Of a DNA stretch of 28,691 bases, positions 1-13,169 are shown piece by piece. A program made the translations under genes and the position numbers. Origin of the DNA: Ginkgo biloba (lineage: Eukaryota; Plantae; Ginkgophyta); contig JANKJI020000002.1 of NCBI GenBank assembly GCA_024626585.2, positions 61,289,456 through 61,318,146 of the forward strand, in the 5' to 3' direction. The notes beneath the pieces were generated by a model. The model was not told the origin of the DNA. It searched no databases and worked only from the letters and a program-made list of their open reading frames with translations. How positions within the stretch are numbered: the stretch's first letter is position 1; every line of letters starts with the position of its first letter.

Positions 1-1459
1 GATACTAATCTACTTGTGGGAATCAAAGTGAAGAAACCACAATAGGTTTTATCAAGGGAGGAAATGCCTCCACATAATGGCTTTAGAACATACGATGATA
101 CCTCATAAAACTACATTTTGATTCTTAAACATCCATGTAAACACTTCAATAAGATTTTATGCCTAGATGAAAGGTGATATGCTTTTTAGCCAAGTTTGGT
201 GAAGATTGGATGCGTAAAGTTGCTCCCAAATATAAGAGTCTACTTTTTGTGTTTTAGTTATTCTTGGTCGATGACATTATGTAAATTTATGAACCACATT
301 ACAAAAACCTAGGAACTATTTGAGGAAAGATTTTTTGTTGAGGAACCAACAATAAATATGAGCCACCTAATTGGTTTTTAGTGTAAAGGTTTATGTTAGT
401 AACCATATATTTGAACTCATTATCATAGATTATTGGAATCTCAAGTGGACGAAGAAGCATACTAATGTATTCCCCTGTTTCTTAGATTTTGTGTACCTAT
501 GTGAAATGATGATTTTTTGACCAAAATACCTTCAGATAAGGGTATACAAAAAAATGTAATAGGCATAAGAGATAAACTCCCTTCACTATTGTGAGGGGTG
601 ACTCCCTAAAATATTTATAGAATTATAAAGGGAAAAAAATGCATATTATTTACAATAATTATTTACACTGTACACAGGAGTTGGTTTTGATTAAAATAAA
701 AAGAAAATTTGAAATATGAGAATGGGAAGGGAAAGGGGTGAAAGGAATATTCTAATAGAACGATAAAAGATAATGATTATAAGGTAACATAGAGGAAATA
801 AACACACGAANNNNNNNNNNNNNNNNNNNNNNNNNNNNNNNNNNNNNNNNNNNNNNNNNNNNNNNNNNNNNNNNNNNNNNNNNNNNNNNGCTTAGAGATT
901 GAAGAGAAGGTAGAGCTAAATCACTTCAATGGAATAAGATGTAATAGTCCTGCCTCTAGTAATCTCTAGAAGTGCTCAAAGAGAGATAAAGATACGAACT
1001 CTAGAAAGTAAATAATGGTCTCCAAGTACCATACTGCAATAACACTTGAAGTAAGGACTTGGGAGGTCATTATAATAGTATTTTAGAACTATATGGAATT
1101 TTATATCAATTTCTTAGACACAACCACATAAGATAAATGATAACATAAGAAAATATGTGAATGTACTTTCTACTTATAAAAATATGAAATTATTCCTAAT
1201 CATATACCAATAATTCTTAGCCCACAAATTAAAATTAAATCTAATAATTANNNNNNNNNNNNNNNNNNNNNNNNNNNNNNNNNNNNNNNNNNNNNNNNNN
1301 NNNNNNNNNNNNNNNNNNNNNNNNNNNNNNNNNNNNNNNNNNNNNNNNNNTGATTTATTTATTATCGTCGTGTCTTAATTTTTGCAGGTGTGCCAATTTG
1401 ATATTAATTGATTCGAGACCAAGATGTAATGTAGCACCCCATTTTGCATTTAGGATGGG

Positions 1460-1799
1460 GTGGTTCATGGCAGAGCGCATTCTCTGAGACTCTGAGCAGG
1501 GGATTATAGAAGGTGGCTAAGGAATAACACATTCTCTAACAATGTGAGTAGGGGATTGGCTAAGGAATAATGATGGAATGATATTGGATTTAGCTGGAGG
1601 TTCATGGAGGCATCTGGATTGGTATTTTCTTTGTGAATGGGATATAATGTGGTTCATGGTAGAGTGCATTCTTTGATACTATGAGCAAAGGATTCTAGAA
1701 GGTGGCTAAGGGATAATGCTGAATTGCATTCTCTGTAGTTTAAGAATGAATTTAGCTAGAGGTTCATGGAGGCGTTTGGCTTGGTGTTTTCTTTATGAT
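1460..1799 (+). repeat. Diverged tandem duplication (units about 1460-1648 and 1649-1799)
   Basis: gtggttcatgg.agag.gcattct.tga.act.tgagca..ggatt.tagaaggtggctaagg and atttagct.gaggttcatggaggc.t.tgg.ttggt.ttttcttt.tga each occur twice in the same order. Confidence 0.85.
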
Positions 1800-3779
1800 C
1801 AAGGTTTAAAGAATATTTCACTATGGTGGGTGGTAGAAGGTATAAAAGCAATTAACACATTGGATTTAAATTTTATTACCAGTTAGAGGGAGGTTCTTCA
1901 AGGTGCCTATAGTGTTATTTTTTATGATATGGGTTTAGTGGGTAGTTTTACTATAACAATTGATAACGATTTTACTAGTTGAAGGGTACCACCCCATCCT
2001 GCATTTGGGATGGGGTGGTACCTACGAATGGTGGTTTGTGTCAAGTATTGATGCATGAGTATGATGAGGGAGATTCTATAAGTGTGACGAATGGGGTCTA
2101 ATAATATAGTTGGATAGAACCTTCCTTGCACTCTGGTTCAAGAATTTGATGGTTGTTCGATAAAACTTTGGGTTTATACATTAAATGGTGATAGGAAACT
2201 CAGTGATTGATGGGTATAATTAATATTTGTGTTGAGGTTAAATTTATTACTTTGTGCAGCGTTGATAGAAGGGTTTGAGTGGCAGTCGTCATATAAGTGT
2301 GTGCAGTTTCCAGCAAATGTGCAAGGAGCATCAGGTTGAATAATTTTCTGCCAGGTTGGTACTCCCCTATGTTTCATGTTCATTCTATTTTTTCTATACC
2401 CGTATGTTCTGCTGATGTTTTGTCAGCGCAGTATTAAGTTGATATATATATTTATGGCACAGTTAGTGCATACAATTCTGGCGCATTGTCTTGCTGATGT
2501 AATAAAAATGTAGAATGTATGTTCATGTATTTGTGGTTGTCGGTTTGTATTGTGTTGAATTAAAAAATTCTTTGTTGGATTATGTCTAAAATTGGTGCAA
2601 CAAAAATGTGAGTGTGAATGGATGAAGTTGATGACGTAAGACATGGTCGTTCAAATTTTTTTAGTATTTGCAACCTACAAAAATATCATATAATACCTGC
2701 TACGGTTTAAAGGAAATTGTTAGTGCTTTATGCGTTTGCATCAGGTGTGAATGAAAATAGTTGAAATGCATTGGTGTCTGAGTATGAGGTTAAATATAAT
2801 GATCTTTGTGTTTCTGATTCCAGGTTGGTGTAGCTCCCCTTTGTTTTTGTTTCATATGTGTAGTGTGAATTGTTGAAGTCGATGACATCAGATATAGTCG
2901 TTCATACCGGTGTATGTATGCATGAAGCATATGATACCAAGTGATGTTAGTTGACATTTGGCTACGCATGTGTATATGGAGGAAGAGGAAATATATGTTA
3001 GTTCTATTTTGTTAGGTTTATTTGAGAGCATGGTATGTCAAAACATATATGCGGTAATATAATGTGGACTATAATGGACATAGTATTTGATGACGTTATG
3101 AAACCTTTGATCACATTTGAAAACCTATGTATATATGAATGATGTTGATATCGATCAATCTTTTTGTGTATGTTTTCTAATAGTTCTATTTTATGGTTTG
3201 AGTCATGGGTAGAGTGTGATCGTGTGTATGATGTTCATTTGTGAGTTTAGTATGGAAACTTGAGTATGGAAATGTCTAGACTATTGTGTGTGAAGTCAAA
3301 TAGTATTGGTGTTTGTAGTTGTGATATCCAATTATGTAAATGTTAATGAAATATGATATATATAATTTAACAAATATTTGATAAAATTGTAAGGTATGCT
3401 TATGTTTATAATGAAAATTGTGGTATTATTTGGATATCCATGTGTTTTGTTAATGTAGAATGTTGGTGCATGCATTTGTGGTTTGTTAGTGTAAAATTTT
3501 CTTTGTTCATTTATGCAGATATATANNNNNNNNNNNNNNNNNNNNNNNNNNNNNNNNNNNNNNNNNNNNNNNNNNNNNNNNNNNNNNNNNNNNNNNNNNN
3601 NNNNNNNNNNNNNNNNNNNNNNNNNTTATAACTAGTGATTTTTGGATCATTATTATATCGAATTATTTTGGAATATTATTATCTTTACTTGTGAATTGTT
3701 ATTTTCTCTATATTATTTGGTAGTTTCCCACTTTTGGGCACTACAATTACTAGGTTGAATTATTTCCTATTCATTCAAT

Positions 3780-4697
3780 TTAATTGAAGAGTGGTGTTAA
3801 GAAAGAACACATATAATTCCTTTTCAAGTAAAAATAAATAGACATTTTATCCTACTTATTTTAGTTATAGAGGAAAAGAAGAACATAACCTAAGTAGAAA
3901 GAAAAAATTTAACCATACTAAGAATAATAAATACTATAATTACAAGAATATTGGATATGATGAGTTAGAGTGCTATAAGCTTTACCTAAAAAAGAACTAA
4001 AGACTCATATATGAAAGATAAGAAGAAAAATAAGAATGATCCAATAATAGTATTTAATTTAAAGGTATCGAATTACTCTTTAGTATTGGTGAATATAAAT
4101 ATGAAATAAAAATATATGGAAGAACTTAGTCCATCTTCTAGGAGAAATTGATTCTTATNNNNNNNNNNNNNNNNNNNNNNNNNNNNNNNNGTAAGTGTAT
4201 AAATATTCATAATATTAATGAACTTGATAATTTATAAAATTAACTTTTAGTATTGATTATTTGTCAAAATGAATGAAGTTACTTAGATTATATGGGTCTA
4301 CATCAATAATTGAAGTTATCTTTCATGTTATGAAATGTTAGGGGTTTGACCCCAACCTATATAAAATATGGTTAAAAAATTTATATTATCACTAATCAAA
4401 TTNNNNNNNNNNNNNNNNNNNNNNNNNNNNNNNNNNNNNNNNNNNNNNNNNNNNNNNNNNNNNNNNNNNNNNNNNNNNNNNNNNNNNNNNNNNNNNNNNN
4501 NNNNNNNNGGAATTATCCTTTGTTATACAAATTCACACAAATCTTTTCTTATTAATTTCATACTAGATCCTTTCCACTAATCTATTTATATAATTTATAA
4601 TCCAAATATCTAAATCTTTGGATTTCTTAAATATTTATGACTTTAATGATAAAAGTGATCACTCTATATCATGGGATTAGATCACCTCTCTCTCCCT
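3780..4697 (-). mobile_element. Minus-strand LTR fragment with PPT
   Basis: Minus strand reads agggagagagagg-TGATC at 4697-4680, a PPT followed by an LTR start. The left end is not defined. Confidence 0.45.
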
Positions 4698-4892
4698 AAT
4701 ATGTCTTGGCTAGCCATTCATGACTTTAACATGGTTTAATATTATACTGATCTTAAAGGAACACTTATATACCCCAATAAGTGGACCTATATNNNNNNNN
4801 NNNNNNNNNNNNNNNNNNNNNNNNNNNNNNNNNNNNNNNNNNNNNNNNNNNNNNNNNNNNNNNNNNNNNNNNNNNNNNNNNNNNNNNNNNNN

Positions 4893-5445
4893 ATATTCCA
4901 TCTTACCAACTCAACTATCGTATTATCCTTTTTTCCATGTTTTAAAACTTCTATGTCATCTTACTATGACTAAGGATGTAGAGAAAATAGTTCTTGAATT
5001 AAATTCACAATTATAATTGAAATGAAAATAAAATATCTTGAGAGATTAGAAGAAGGGATTATTTCAATTTAGTTATTTAACTCTTAGTTTAGTTCTTTAG
5101 TTCTTAGATACTTTAAGTGATAGTGAAAAATTAGAGATAGTTTCACAATCTTTCCTTTGTTTTCTTGAAGCCTTGATCTTAGGATTTTGTTCTATAAACT
5201 ATAAGCTAATACTCGTATGATGAAATGATTATATGCACTCTGATTATTAATCTTATTTTGAGGGATATCAAGCAATATAAATTCATAGAATTTGATTCCA
5301 CTTCAAATATTTCTATAAATATTTATAGAGCATTAAATTTTCTTTCTTTAATAAAAGTAATTTTTTTTATATGGCTACAACTTGGGAATGTGATTTTTAG
5401 TTCCTTTGTATTTACTTTACTATACACATTCTAGGGTTTAGATCA
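4893..5445 (+). mobile_element. 3' part of a 5' LTR, same family as 22245-23519
   Basis: Shared blocks tgcactct.att.t.aatct.atttt..gatat.aag..tataa.t....gaattt.attcca (about 5234 vs about 23288) and tacacatt....gggttt...ca. It ends in gatca, followed by a PBS-like sequence. The left boundary is lost in a gap. Confidence 0.6.
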
Positions 5446-5449
5446 TATT

Positions 5450-5461
5450 TTTATATAGAGC
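5450..5461 (+). other. Degenerate tRNA-Met primer-binding site
   Basis: tttatatagagc resembles TGGTATCAGAGC and sits a few nt after the LTR-ending CA. It has several mismatches. Confidence 0.4.
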
Positions 5462-5756
5462 ATAAATTTATAGCGTTATGAAATATTTAGATAAAAATAT
5501 TGAGTATATTTTGATAGTAGATCCTCAAGTTTAGCAATACTTGAGAAAGTGCTTAAATCTTTAAATAATTTAGACCCATTCTAAATACTATGAAGAAAGA
5601 GAAGAATGGAAAAATTGTTGATTTCCACATCACATGAGAACCATAAAACCTTAGTTATCTTAATAATAATCTCAATCAAACATAATTAATTAATTTATGG
5701 ATCGTCGAGTAATTTCTCTCTAATGAAGAATAATTACTTTTTTAGATTTGTAGCAA

Positions 5757-6379
5757 TGTAGGTTAAAATGCACCCCATGAAGAATAGGCCCTAGCCATTT
5801 TTGAGTCCTGGATATAAAATATATCCTTTAATTACTAAGTGAGGAAAAATGATCTAGGATGTAAACCCCAATGAAGGTGGGAGTAGGAGGGATAAGTCCT
5901 AGCCACGATGGAATTCCTATTGACCCAGGAAGAAAAATAAATAAAGGAAAGTGGGCCACACCCACATCCTAACTGTCATAACATTTCCTAGTTGATACAA
6001 GAAGAAATGAGGACCAAGAAAGAGATGTGATCCCTAGGTTCTTGCTCATCTTGGGCGATGAATTGTCTCCTTGTTTGATTAGGGAGGCAAAGATACCCAG
6101 GAAGGAAAGTCAATGAAGTAAGGAAGTAAATAAAGATGATACTGAGTCATTCCTCATATTGGTTGAAAAAGGTATTCCTAATGAAATAAGGGAGAAAAAA
6201 ATTTCCTAGGAAGATAAATAAATGAAGGCAGGACCCAACTACACNNNNNNNNNNNNNNNNNNNNNNNNNNNNNNNNNNNNNNNNNNNNNNNNNNNNNNNN
6301 NNNNNNNNNNNNNNNNNNNNNNNNNNNNNNNNNNNNNNNNNNNNTTGATTAGGAAACTTTCCCCAAATTCTATCAGGGC
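5757..6379 (+). mobile_element. Probable LTR/leader in front of the gag at 6394
   Basis: Begins with TG, is purine-rich with internal repeats (c.aggaaga.aaataaat.aagg), and ends with tatcagggc (partial Met-PBS-like) just before ATG 6394. Orientation and boundaries are uncertain. Confidence 0.35.
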
Positions 6380-6393
6380 ATGTCATGTACCAT

Positions 6394-8447
6394 ATGGGAA
6401 ATAACTCCCCTATAGGAGGCTTTTAACAACTCGATCTAGATTAAATTATCCATAGAATAAGATGAAGGTGAAAGAGTTTCTCATCTAGAGAGAATCCTAG
6501 AGAAAATAAAAATGGACCTAGATGATAGAATTTTAAATCTCTTACAAATCATGTATATGTTGGTCCATACACCTTTCAAAACTATAAATATTACCAAAAT
6601 AACTAATAGTTGTGATATAAGTAGTGCTCCTTCAAGAAACAACACTACTATAACTCCTCTAGGAGTTTAATTACTAGTGAATACTCTAAAATCAATTTTA
6701 AGGTTAAAATAAATTAAAAAATCCCAATATATAATGGGAAGATGGATGATGAGAATCTTGATGATTAGCTAAGATAGTTGGATATCTAATTTAAAACCCC
6801 ATAGTATAATAACATTTGAAAGACAACTTTTTCTAATCTTAAAATAAGAGGTCAAACCTTACTTTTATGGGAAATATTCTAAAAAGGTAGTTCTAGTAAG
6901 GTTGATTTTTTATCAATGTATGGAAAGCATTCAAGAAAATAATAAAGAATAAATTTCACCCAAATTGGTATGTGAGAGAATATAAAATCTAGTGGTAATA
7001 CCTTAGGTGGAAATCTATTTAAACTATTGATGCCTACACCAACTAATGATGAAGATCATTTCATCGTAAATTTATAAAGAATTAGAAATGTCTAACATTT
7101 GGACTCCTGATGAGGCCTATCATAAGGTAAAAACTATCAAAACTAAGGGAAAGTGAAGAGCTCATATCACTCATCTAAAGATTCAAAATAAGTAGAATTC
7201 ATAAAATCCTCCTCCAAAATTATTATAGAATGAAAATAAGACTACCAGAGTAGGTCATCAGGCTCATGAGCATAATAAAGTTAAGAGGATTAAACCTTAT
7301 TGTGTAGAATATAGATTTTGAGGTCATACAAAATAAAATGATTGGAAGTTGAATCTATAAAAAGGACATATGAATATATATACTTAAGAAAAGGATAACA
7401 AAATTGAATCTCCTAAAGTGGCTCATGAGTTATTAATGGCACATTATCAAAGGGACAAGATCAAGANNNNNNNNNNNNNNNNNNNNNNNNNNNNNNTAAA
7501 ATCAAGAAGTCTATGGGTACAACTATTTTTGACATAGGAAGCTAGAGGAATCTAATTTTAAATACCATAGTGAATCAATTTAGCTTTTTAAGACTTCAAC
7601 ATCCGTCACCCTATGCATTGGATTATTTAAATGGAGAATAAAATTGTATGAGAAATAAGGAAGGTAGATTCAAGTTTGTCATGTTCAAGGTCTTGTTTGA
7701 TAAAATAGAGTGTGATGTTGTGCCATAAGACGTATGTAGGATCATATTTTGAAGCCCATATTTATGGTATAGAGATGTAGAATTTGGGAGAAACCAAACT
7801 AATATATGTTGATAAAATGAGGTCAATCCTATCTCATCAAGGCCAAGGGGAATCTATAGAGCTCTAGTTTCCCTTATTACTAAAGCACAAGTGAAGAGGA
7901 TTGATAATGCCTTCCATGGAGGTTATAGAAAAATACAAAGAAGGTACAATTCCAACTATCCAAAGTACATGACAAACTTAATAGAATCATGCATAGGTAT
8001 GCTAGTGTTTTCTAAGAACCAAAAGGAATGTCTCCAAGTGGATCTATTGAATGTAGCATAGAATTGGATTAGATATTTATTCCTCTTAATTTATCTCTTT
8101 ATAAGAGTTCAATACTAAAGAATGAGAAAATTAAGAAGATGCTTTAAGAGTTACTTGATAAAGAACATATGGATCTTAGTACTTTACCTTCTGGATAATA
8201 AATAATCATAGTCCCTAAGTAATATCTTACTTGTATTAACTATAGAGACTTCAATAAGATCATAATGAAGAATCATTATCCATTTCCAAAGATAGAGGAA
8301 TTGTTAGAGCGACTCCAAGAAGTATAATATTTTAGTAGTATAGACCTCAAATCTAGATATCATCAAGTCAAAATCAAAGAAGAAGACAAATCACATACTT
8401 CCTTCAAGACAAGGAAAGGAATTTCTTGAATGGATGGTTATGTTGTT
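6394..8447 (+). mobile_element. Degenerate Ty3/Gypsy gag-protease-RT (N-terminal half)
   Basis: Manual translation through stops and frameshifts gives gag FKVKIN*KIPIYNGKMDDENLDD*LR*LD (about 6695), decayed zinc knuckle YCVEYRF*GH..WKL (about 7297), protease IFDIGS*RNLI (about 7525) and CDVVP*DVCRIIF*SPYLW (about 7711). RT reads ELLDK..S, IVPK, CINYRDFNK..KNHYPFPKIEELL..YFSSIDLKSRYHQVKIKEEDK..TSFKT..EWMVM up to the gap. Confidence 0.92.
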
Positions 8448-10316
8448 NNNNNNNNNNNNNNNNNNNNNNNNNNNNNNNNNNNNNNNNNNNNNNNNNNNNN
8501 NNNNNNNNNNNNNNNNNNNNNNNNNNNNNNNNNNNNNNNNNNNNNNNNNNNNNNNNNNNNNNNNNNNNNNNNNNNNNNNNNNNNNNNNNNNNNNNNNNNN
8601 NNNNNNNNNNNNNNNNNNNNNNNNNNNNNNNNNNNNNNNNNNNNNNNNNNNNNNNNNNNNNNNNNNNNNNNNNNNNNNNNNNNNNNNNNNNNNNNNNNNN
8701 NNNNNNNNNNNNNNNNNNNNNNNNNNNNNNNNNNNNNNNNNNNNNNNNNNNNNNNNNNNNNNNNNNNNNNNNNNNNNNNNNNNNNNNNNNNNNNNNNNNN
8801 NNNNNNNNNNNNNNNNNNNNNNNNNNNNNNNNNNNNNNNNNNNNNNNNNNNNNNNNNNNNNNNNNNNNNNNNNNNNNNNNNNNNNNNNNNNNNNNNNNNN
8901 NNNNNTAGATATGTTTGAATAAAAAATTGGAAGGAGCATCCATGCATTTTGTTAGCATAGTTATTCCTCTTAATTTGAATAGTGAGTTTTTAGGTGGTGA
9001 CCAACCAACTTTCATTCTAAATTTCTCTATGATAGGATAGTTATCTATTAAGGTGGCAATGCTATAAATTTTAATGCTATAAGAAAAATATTATTATTAA
9101 TAGATATGTAATGCCTATAAATCCTAGAAAACACTTTCTTATTACCTTCTCTAAAATTAGTCCATGTAAAATTGATTCCCATAGGACATATCTTTGATAA
9201 GCCCAAATTAGTACAAAATAAAGATCATGTTTTTATTTCACAATGAGATAAGAAATATAGTTTCATTTTGAAAGTTTAAAACCTTTAATTTATTTTCTCA
9301 ATATATTTATGGAAGTAATGATAATGATGTGGGATTCACCATTGATATCATAGTTGTGCCCTCCATGCAATTTTAATTTTCACATAATTTGTCCATTGTT
9401 TCATAGCTACAAGGGACTATATTTGGCCTATAGATAACATTTGTGTCCACTATTCTTTTGGTTATAAATGAAACTCTTTAATTTAACAATAATTATTTGA
9501 TTATTTTCCCATGAAACTTACTCAAAAATAAACTTTCTTATAGAATTAATACTTTTAGTAATGTTGATGAAATGCATGCCAAAGATATCACTTTGTCTAG
9601 TGATCTTATTCTTACAACACACTTGTATGTCTAGCTATATAAGTAAGTCCTATAATATAGAATTCAAAAGATATTATTGTATGATACTTTGATTTAGTTC
9701 ATGTATTGTACAAGAATGATCTAGTTAGATCTAGAAATGCCATCAAATTCTAATTAATGTAAGACTACAATGGAATTCTTTGGTCCTTTTATGAATCTTT
9801 AATAACGAAATTTTATTTATGGATATTGAAGTATAAAACCATATTTTCTTAAATAAAACCTACTTTTTAATCTTNNNNNNNNNNNNNNNNNNNNNNNNNN
9901 NNNNNNNNNNNNNNNNNNNNNNNNNNNNNNNNNNNNNNNNNNNNNTCGATCTAGAGTGACTTATTTCATCATAGTGACTTAGGAAATAAGCAAGTGAAAA
10001 TGAATTAAATATTTTGGCATATTAGTTCTACCATACCATTTTTCAAATTCATCCATGCATAACTAAAAATAGATTTGATGGATCCTAATTAGAGGGATAC
10101 CATCTTCCTATTATGATCAATTTTAGCTAATAATATAGAAGATGGATGGATTCTCTATATAAGGTTCTGAGGGAGTAAAACCTTATATATATAAAGAGTT
10201 TTTTTTTTTTTTATTGTTTATTTTAAAAAATATCTGATGGGTGCAAAATTATTCTATAGAACAATGTTATTGACAATACTATTCTATGAAATAATGTTGT
10301 GTTGGTTCTAACACTC

Positions 10317-10881
10317 CTGTGATACCATTTATCCTTGAAAATAAGGAAGTAAAAAGGAAGTAATAGAGGAAATAAGGAGGGCCCCCCATGTAAGAAGGAA
10401 AGTTAATGGTTCTAATATCTAGCATTCAAAATTAGAGAGAAATTATGAATTCTAATCTTTAATTAACTTAATTGTAAGAGTTCATCAATAAAGGAAACTA
10501 TTTTAGATAAGTAGTTATTCAATGTTTTTTATTGAATGAAATCCAAATGCAAAGATTTTTTTTTTGGCTATTTATGTCCTCCTTATATAAAAAACCATAT
10601 AGGTTTGAATACAAACTATATACCATANNNNNNNNNNNNNNNNNNNNNNNNNNNNNNNNNNNNNNNNNNNNNNNNNNNNNNNNNNNNNNNNNNNNNNNNN
10701 NNNNNNNNNNNNNNNNNNNNNNNNNNNCATTTGATTGAGTTTATATTTTATGTAAATATTTGAGGGAACCACCCCTTATAATTATAGATGGATACTTACT
10801 CCAGTGTCCATCCTAAATTTGTGTGATCCTTTCCTTGGGCTTGGCAGTCAATTACTAATTTTCCAGGATACACAAAATACA
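10317..10881 (-). mobile_element. Minus-strand LTR plus PBS, apparently inserted within the Gypsy RT
   Basis: Minus strand begins TGTATTTT at 10881, exactly where RT homology starts on the right. TGGTATCACAG (Met-PBS-like, 1 mismatch) lies at 10327-10317. Confidence 0.5.
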
Positions 10882-12607
10882 TTCAACAATGACATCCTCA
10901 TCATTAGTAAAAATTGGAAGGATTGTCTTCAACATGTAGAGTTTGTTCTTCAAAAACTTAGGGAGAACCAACTCCATGCAAACATAGAGAAATACAACCT
11001 TAGTTATACCTCAATATCTTATTTATGTTTTTTCATAAATAATGAAAGTGTCAACATGGATCCCACCAAGGTCTAATAAATCAAGACATAGCCTTCTCCA
11101 ATTAATTTCACATAGTTGTGAAGCTTCTTAGGATTAAAAAAAAATCTATAGAAAGTTCATGTATAGATATTCTATCTTAGCCCATTCTCTTGATTAGCTA
11201 GCTCAAAAGAATGAATCCTTTATTTGGGGGAGTGTACAAAATGATTTATTTATAAAGATAAATAAAGCATTATGTAGGGAACCTATACTTACTTTACTAT
11301 ATGTAAACATGAATTTTAAGGTAGAAACCAATGCTTCTAATCATTCCATGGGATCCATTCTTAAGAAGGGAAGCCAAACAATTACCTTCCATTCCAAAAC
11401 CTTTATAGTAGAAAAAATAAAAGTATAACACCTATGATAGTGAGTTTTCAAGCCCTTATATATTGGTGGCACTACTTACTATCAATAACAACAATTGTCT
11501 ACACAATACATATCATTGAAATTCCTTCACTCAAAATTCAAAGTTAAAAAATGCAATGCATATGAAGTGGGCAAGATACCTCTAACAAATACACCTCCTT
11601 ATCAAATAAAAAAAGGGATCAACTAATAGGGTAGGTGATTTCTTGTCTTGACTGACTATGGTTTCTCTTATCTACATCATGTATTAAAAACTGTTTAATT
11701 ATGAAGATTGGAAGAAATTTCACCAAAAAGATAAAGATTTTGCAGCTTGTTATCATGCACTATACAATGCCACACAAGTTAATAAAGATCCTTTCCTATA
11801 CTACCATTTTCAAAATGGACTCCTCTTCAATATTAATAAGCTTTGCATACCTTGAGGCCCTATAAGTAGTTGGCTGCTTAAGGAGACACACATGTCCTTA
11901 TATGGAGGACACTTTGAGGTTTTCAAAACCCTAGACTATTTGTACAGAAATATCTACTAGCCTTCCATGCAAAAATATATTAAGTCTTTCATAAGAAAAT
12001 GTACTTTATATAGCACTTCAAAGGATAAGAATATAAAGTATGGAAAGTATTTACCCTTGCCCATTTCCATGGATTTACTAAGTGACCTTTCAACCAATAA
12101 AAATAAAATGATTGTATATTTGTCATAGTGGATTAGTTCTAAAAAATGGCAATCATCATGCCATGTGTCAATATCATTGATGCGCTAGGATTCATAAATT
12201 TATTTTTCACATATGTATGGAATCATTTTGGACTTCCAAACTCATAATTTCCAATAATAATTCCAGGTTCCTCTCTCACTTTTGGAGTACCTTATGGAAA
12301 TCTCTTGGGACTTATCTAGAATTTTCCACCATATTCCATCCTTAAATAGTTATACATATGAAGGTTGTAAATATGTCCACCAACGACGCATTAGCGATCT
12401 TCAATAGATATGGGATGCATCCCTTACCTATATTCATCATGGGTATAATATGACTATCCATTTTTCTACACACCACTCTCCATTTGAAGTTTATTATGGA
12501 TTTCATCCTCTTTCTCCTTATAACTTGTCATTTTCAATTCCTCATGTAGAAGTAAAAAATGAAGAGCTAAAATAACACAAAGAACTTTATTTTATAGAAC
12601 ATGTTAA
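10882..12607 (+). mobile_element. Degenerate Ty3/Gypsy RT (C-terminal half)-RNase H-integrase
   Basis: NNDILIISKNWKDCLQHV..VLQKLRENQLHANIEK (decayed YxDD region), DPTKV, SFLGL, RNase H FKVETNAS..MGSIL, integrase ETHMSLYGGHF.VFKT, ISMD, FVIVD*F*KMA, HFGLP, RFLSHFW, YNMTIH.ST..SPFEV.YG. Many stops and frameshifts. Confidence 0.93.
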
Positions 12608-13169
12608 NNNNNNNNNNNNNNNNNNNNNNNNNNNNNNNNNNNNNNNNNNNNNNNNNNNNNNNNNNNNNNNNNNNNNNNNNNNNNNNNNNNNNNNNNNNNN
12701 NNNNNNNTATAGCTTGGATCTGGAGTAGATACCATTGATAGGGATAAGTACAGAACCACTACTTGATCTTACCAGTTACATAGAGCAAGAGGAGAATTCT
12801 AAGCTTTACATTGTATAACTGTCATGATATGAATTATGCTACTTTTGGTTGTCTTCCATGTATGAATCCAATGGCTAGAATATAGCCTCAATGAAATAAA
12901 TCATGACAAAATATCAAGATTAAAATGTCGATAATTTCAATTGCTAATCTTTTCAATTTCTTCAAGATACATATCATCCACTACCAAATATTAAGATTCT
13001 TTGTTTTTATGATGATTTGATGTAGAGGACATTATTCCTAACGTCAAACAAAAGTTTTAAAAAAGAAGAAAAACATACAAAACATTGGGAGGATGATTGG
13101 TTGCTTTCATACACAACGTTTTACCTATTTTATATGAAAATATTGAGTAGAACAAAATTAATAGCCAAA

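Noticed and set aside
8391-9015. Several 160-200 aa ORFs
   Set aside because: Artefacts of reading through an N gap. The same applies to the other X-containing ORFs.
10804-11076. 90-aa ORF as a standalone gene
   Set aside because: It is a stop-free piece of decayed RT fused to LTR sequence, with the catalytic YxDD mutated.
12708-13169. Poly(A) tail and TSD for the retrocopy
   Set aside because: No convincing T-run on + (poly(A) on minus) or flanking direct repeat was found. Retroposition is inferred from intron absence only.
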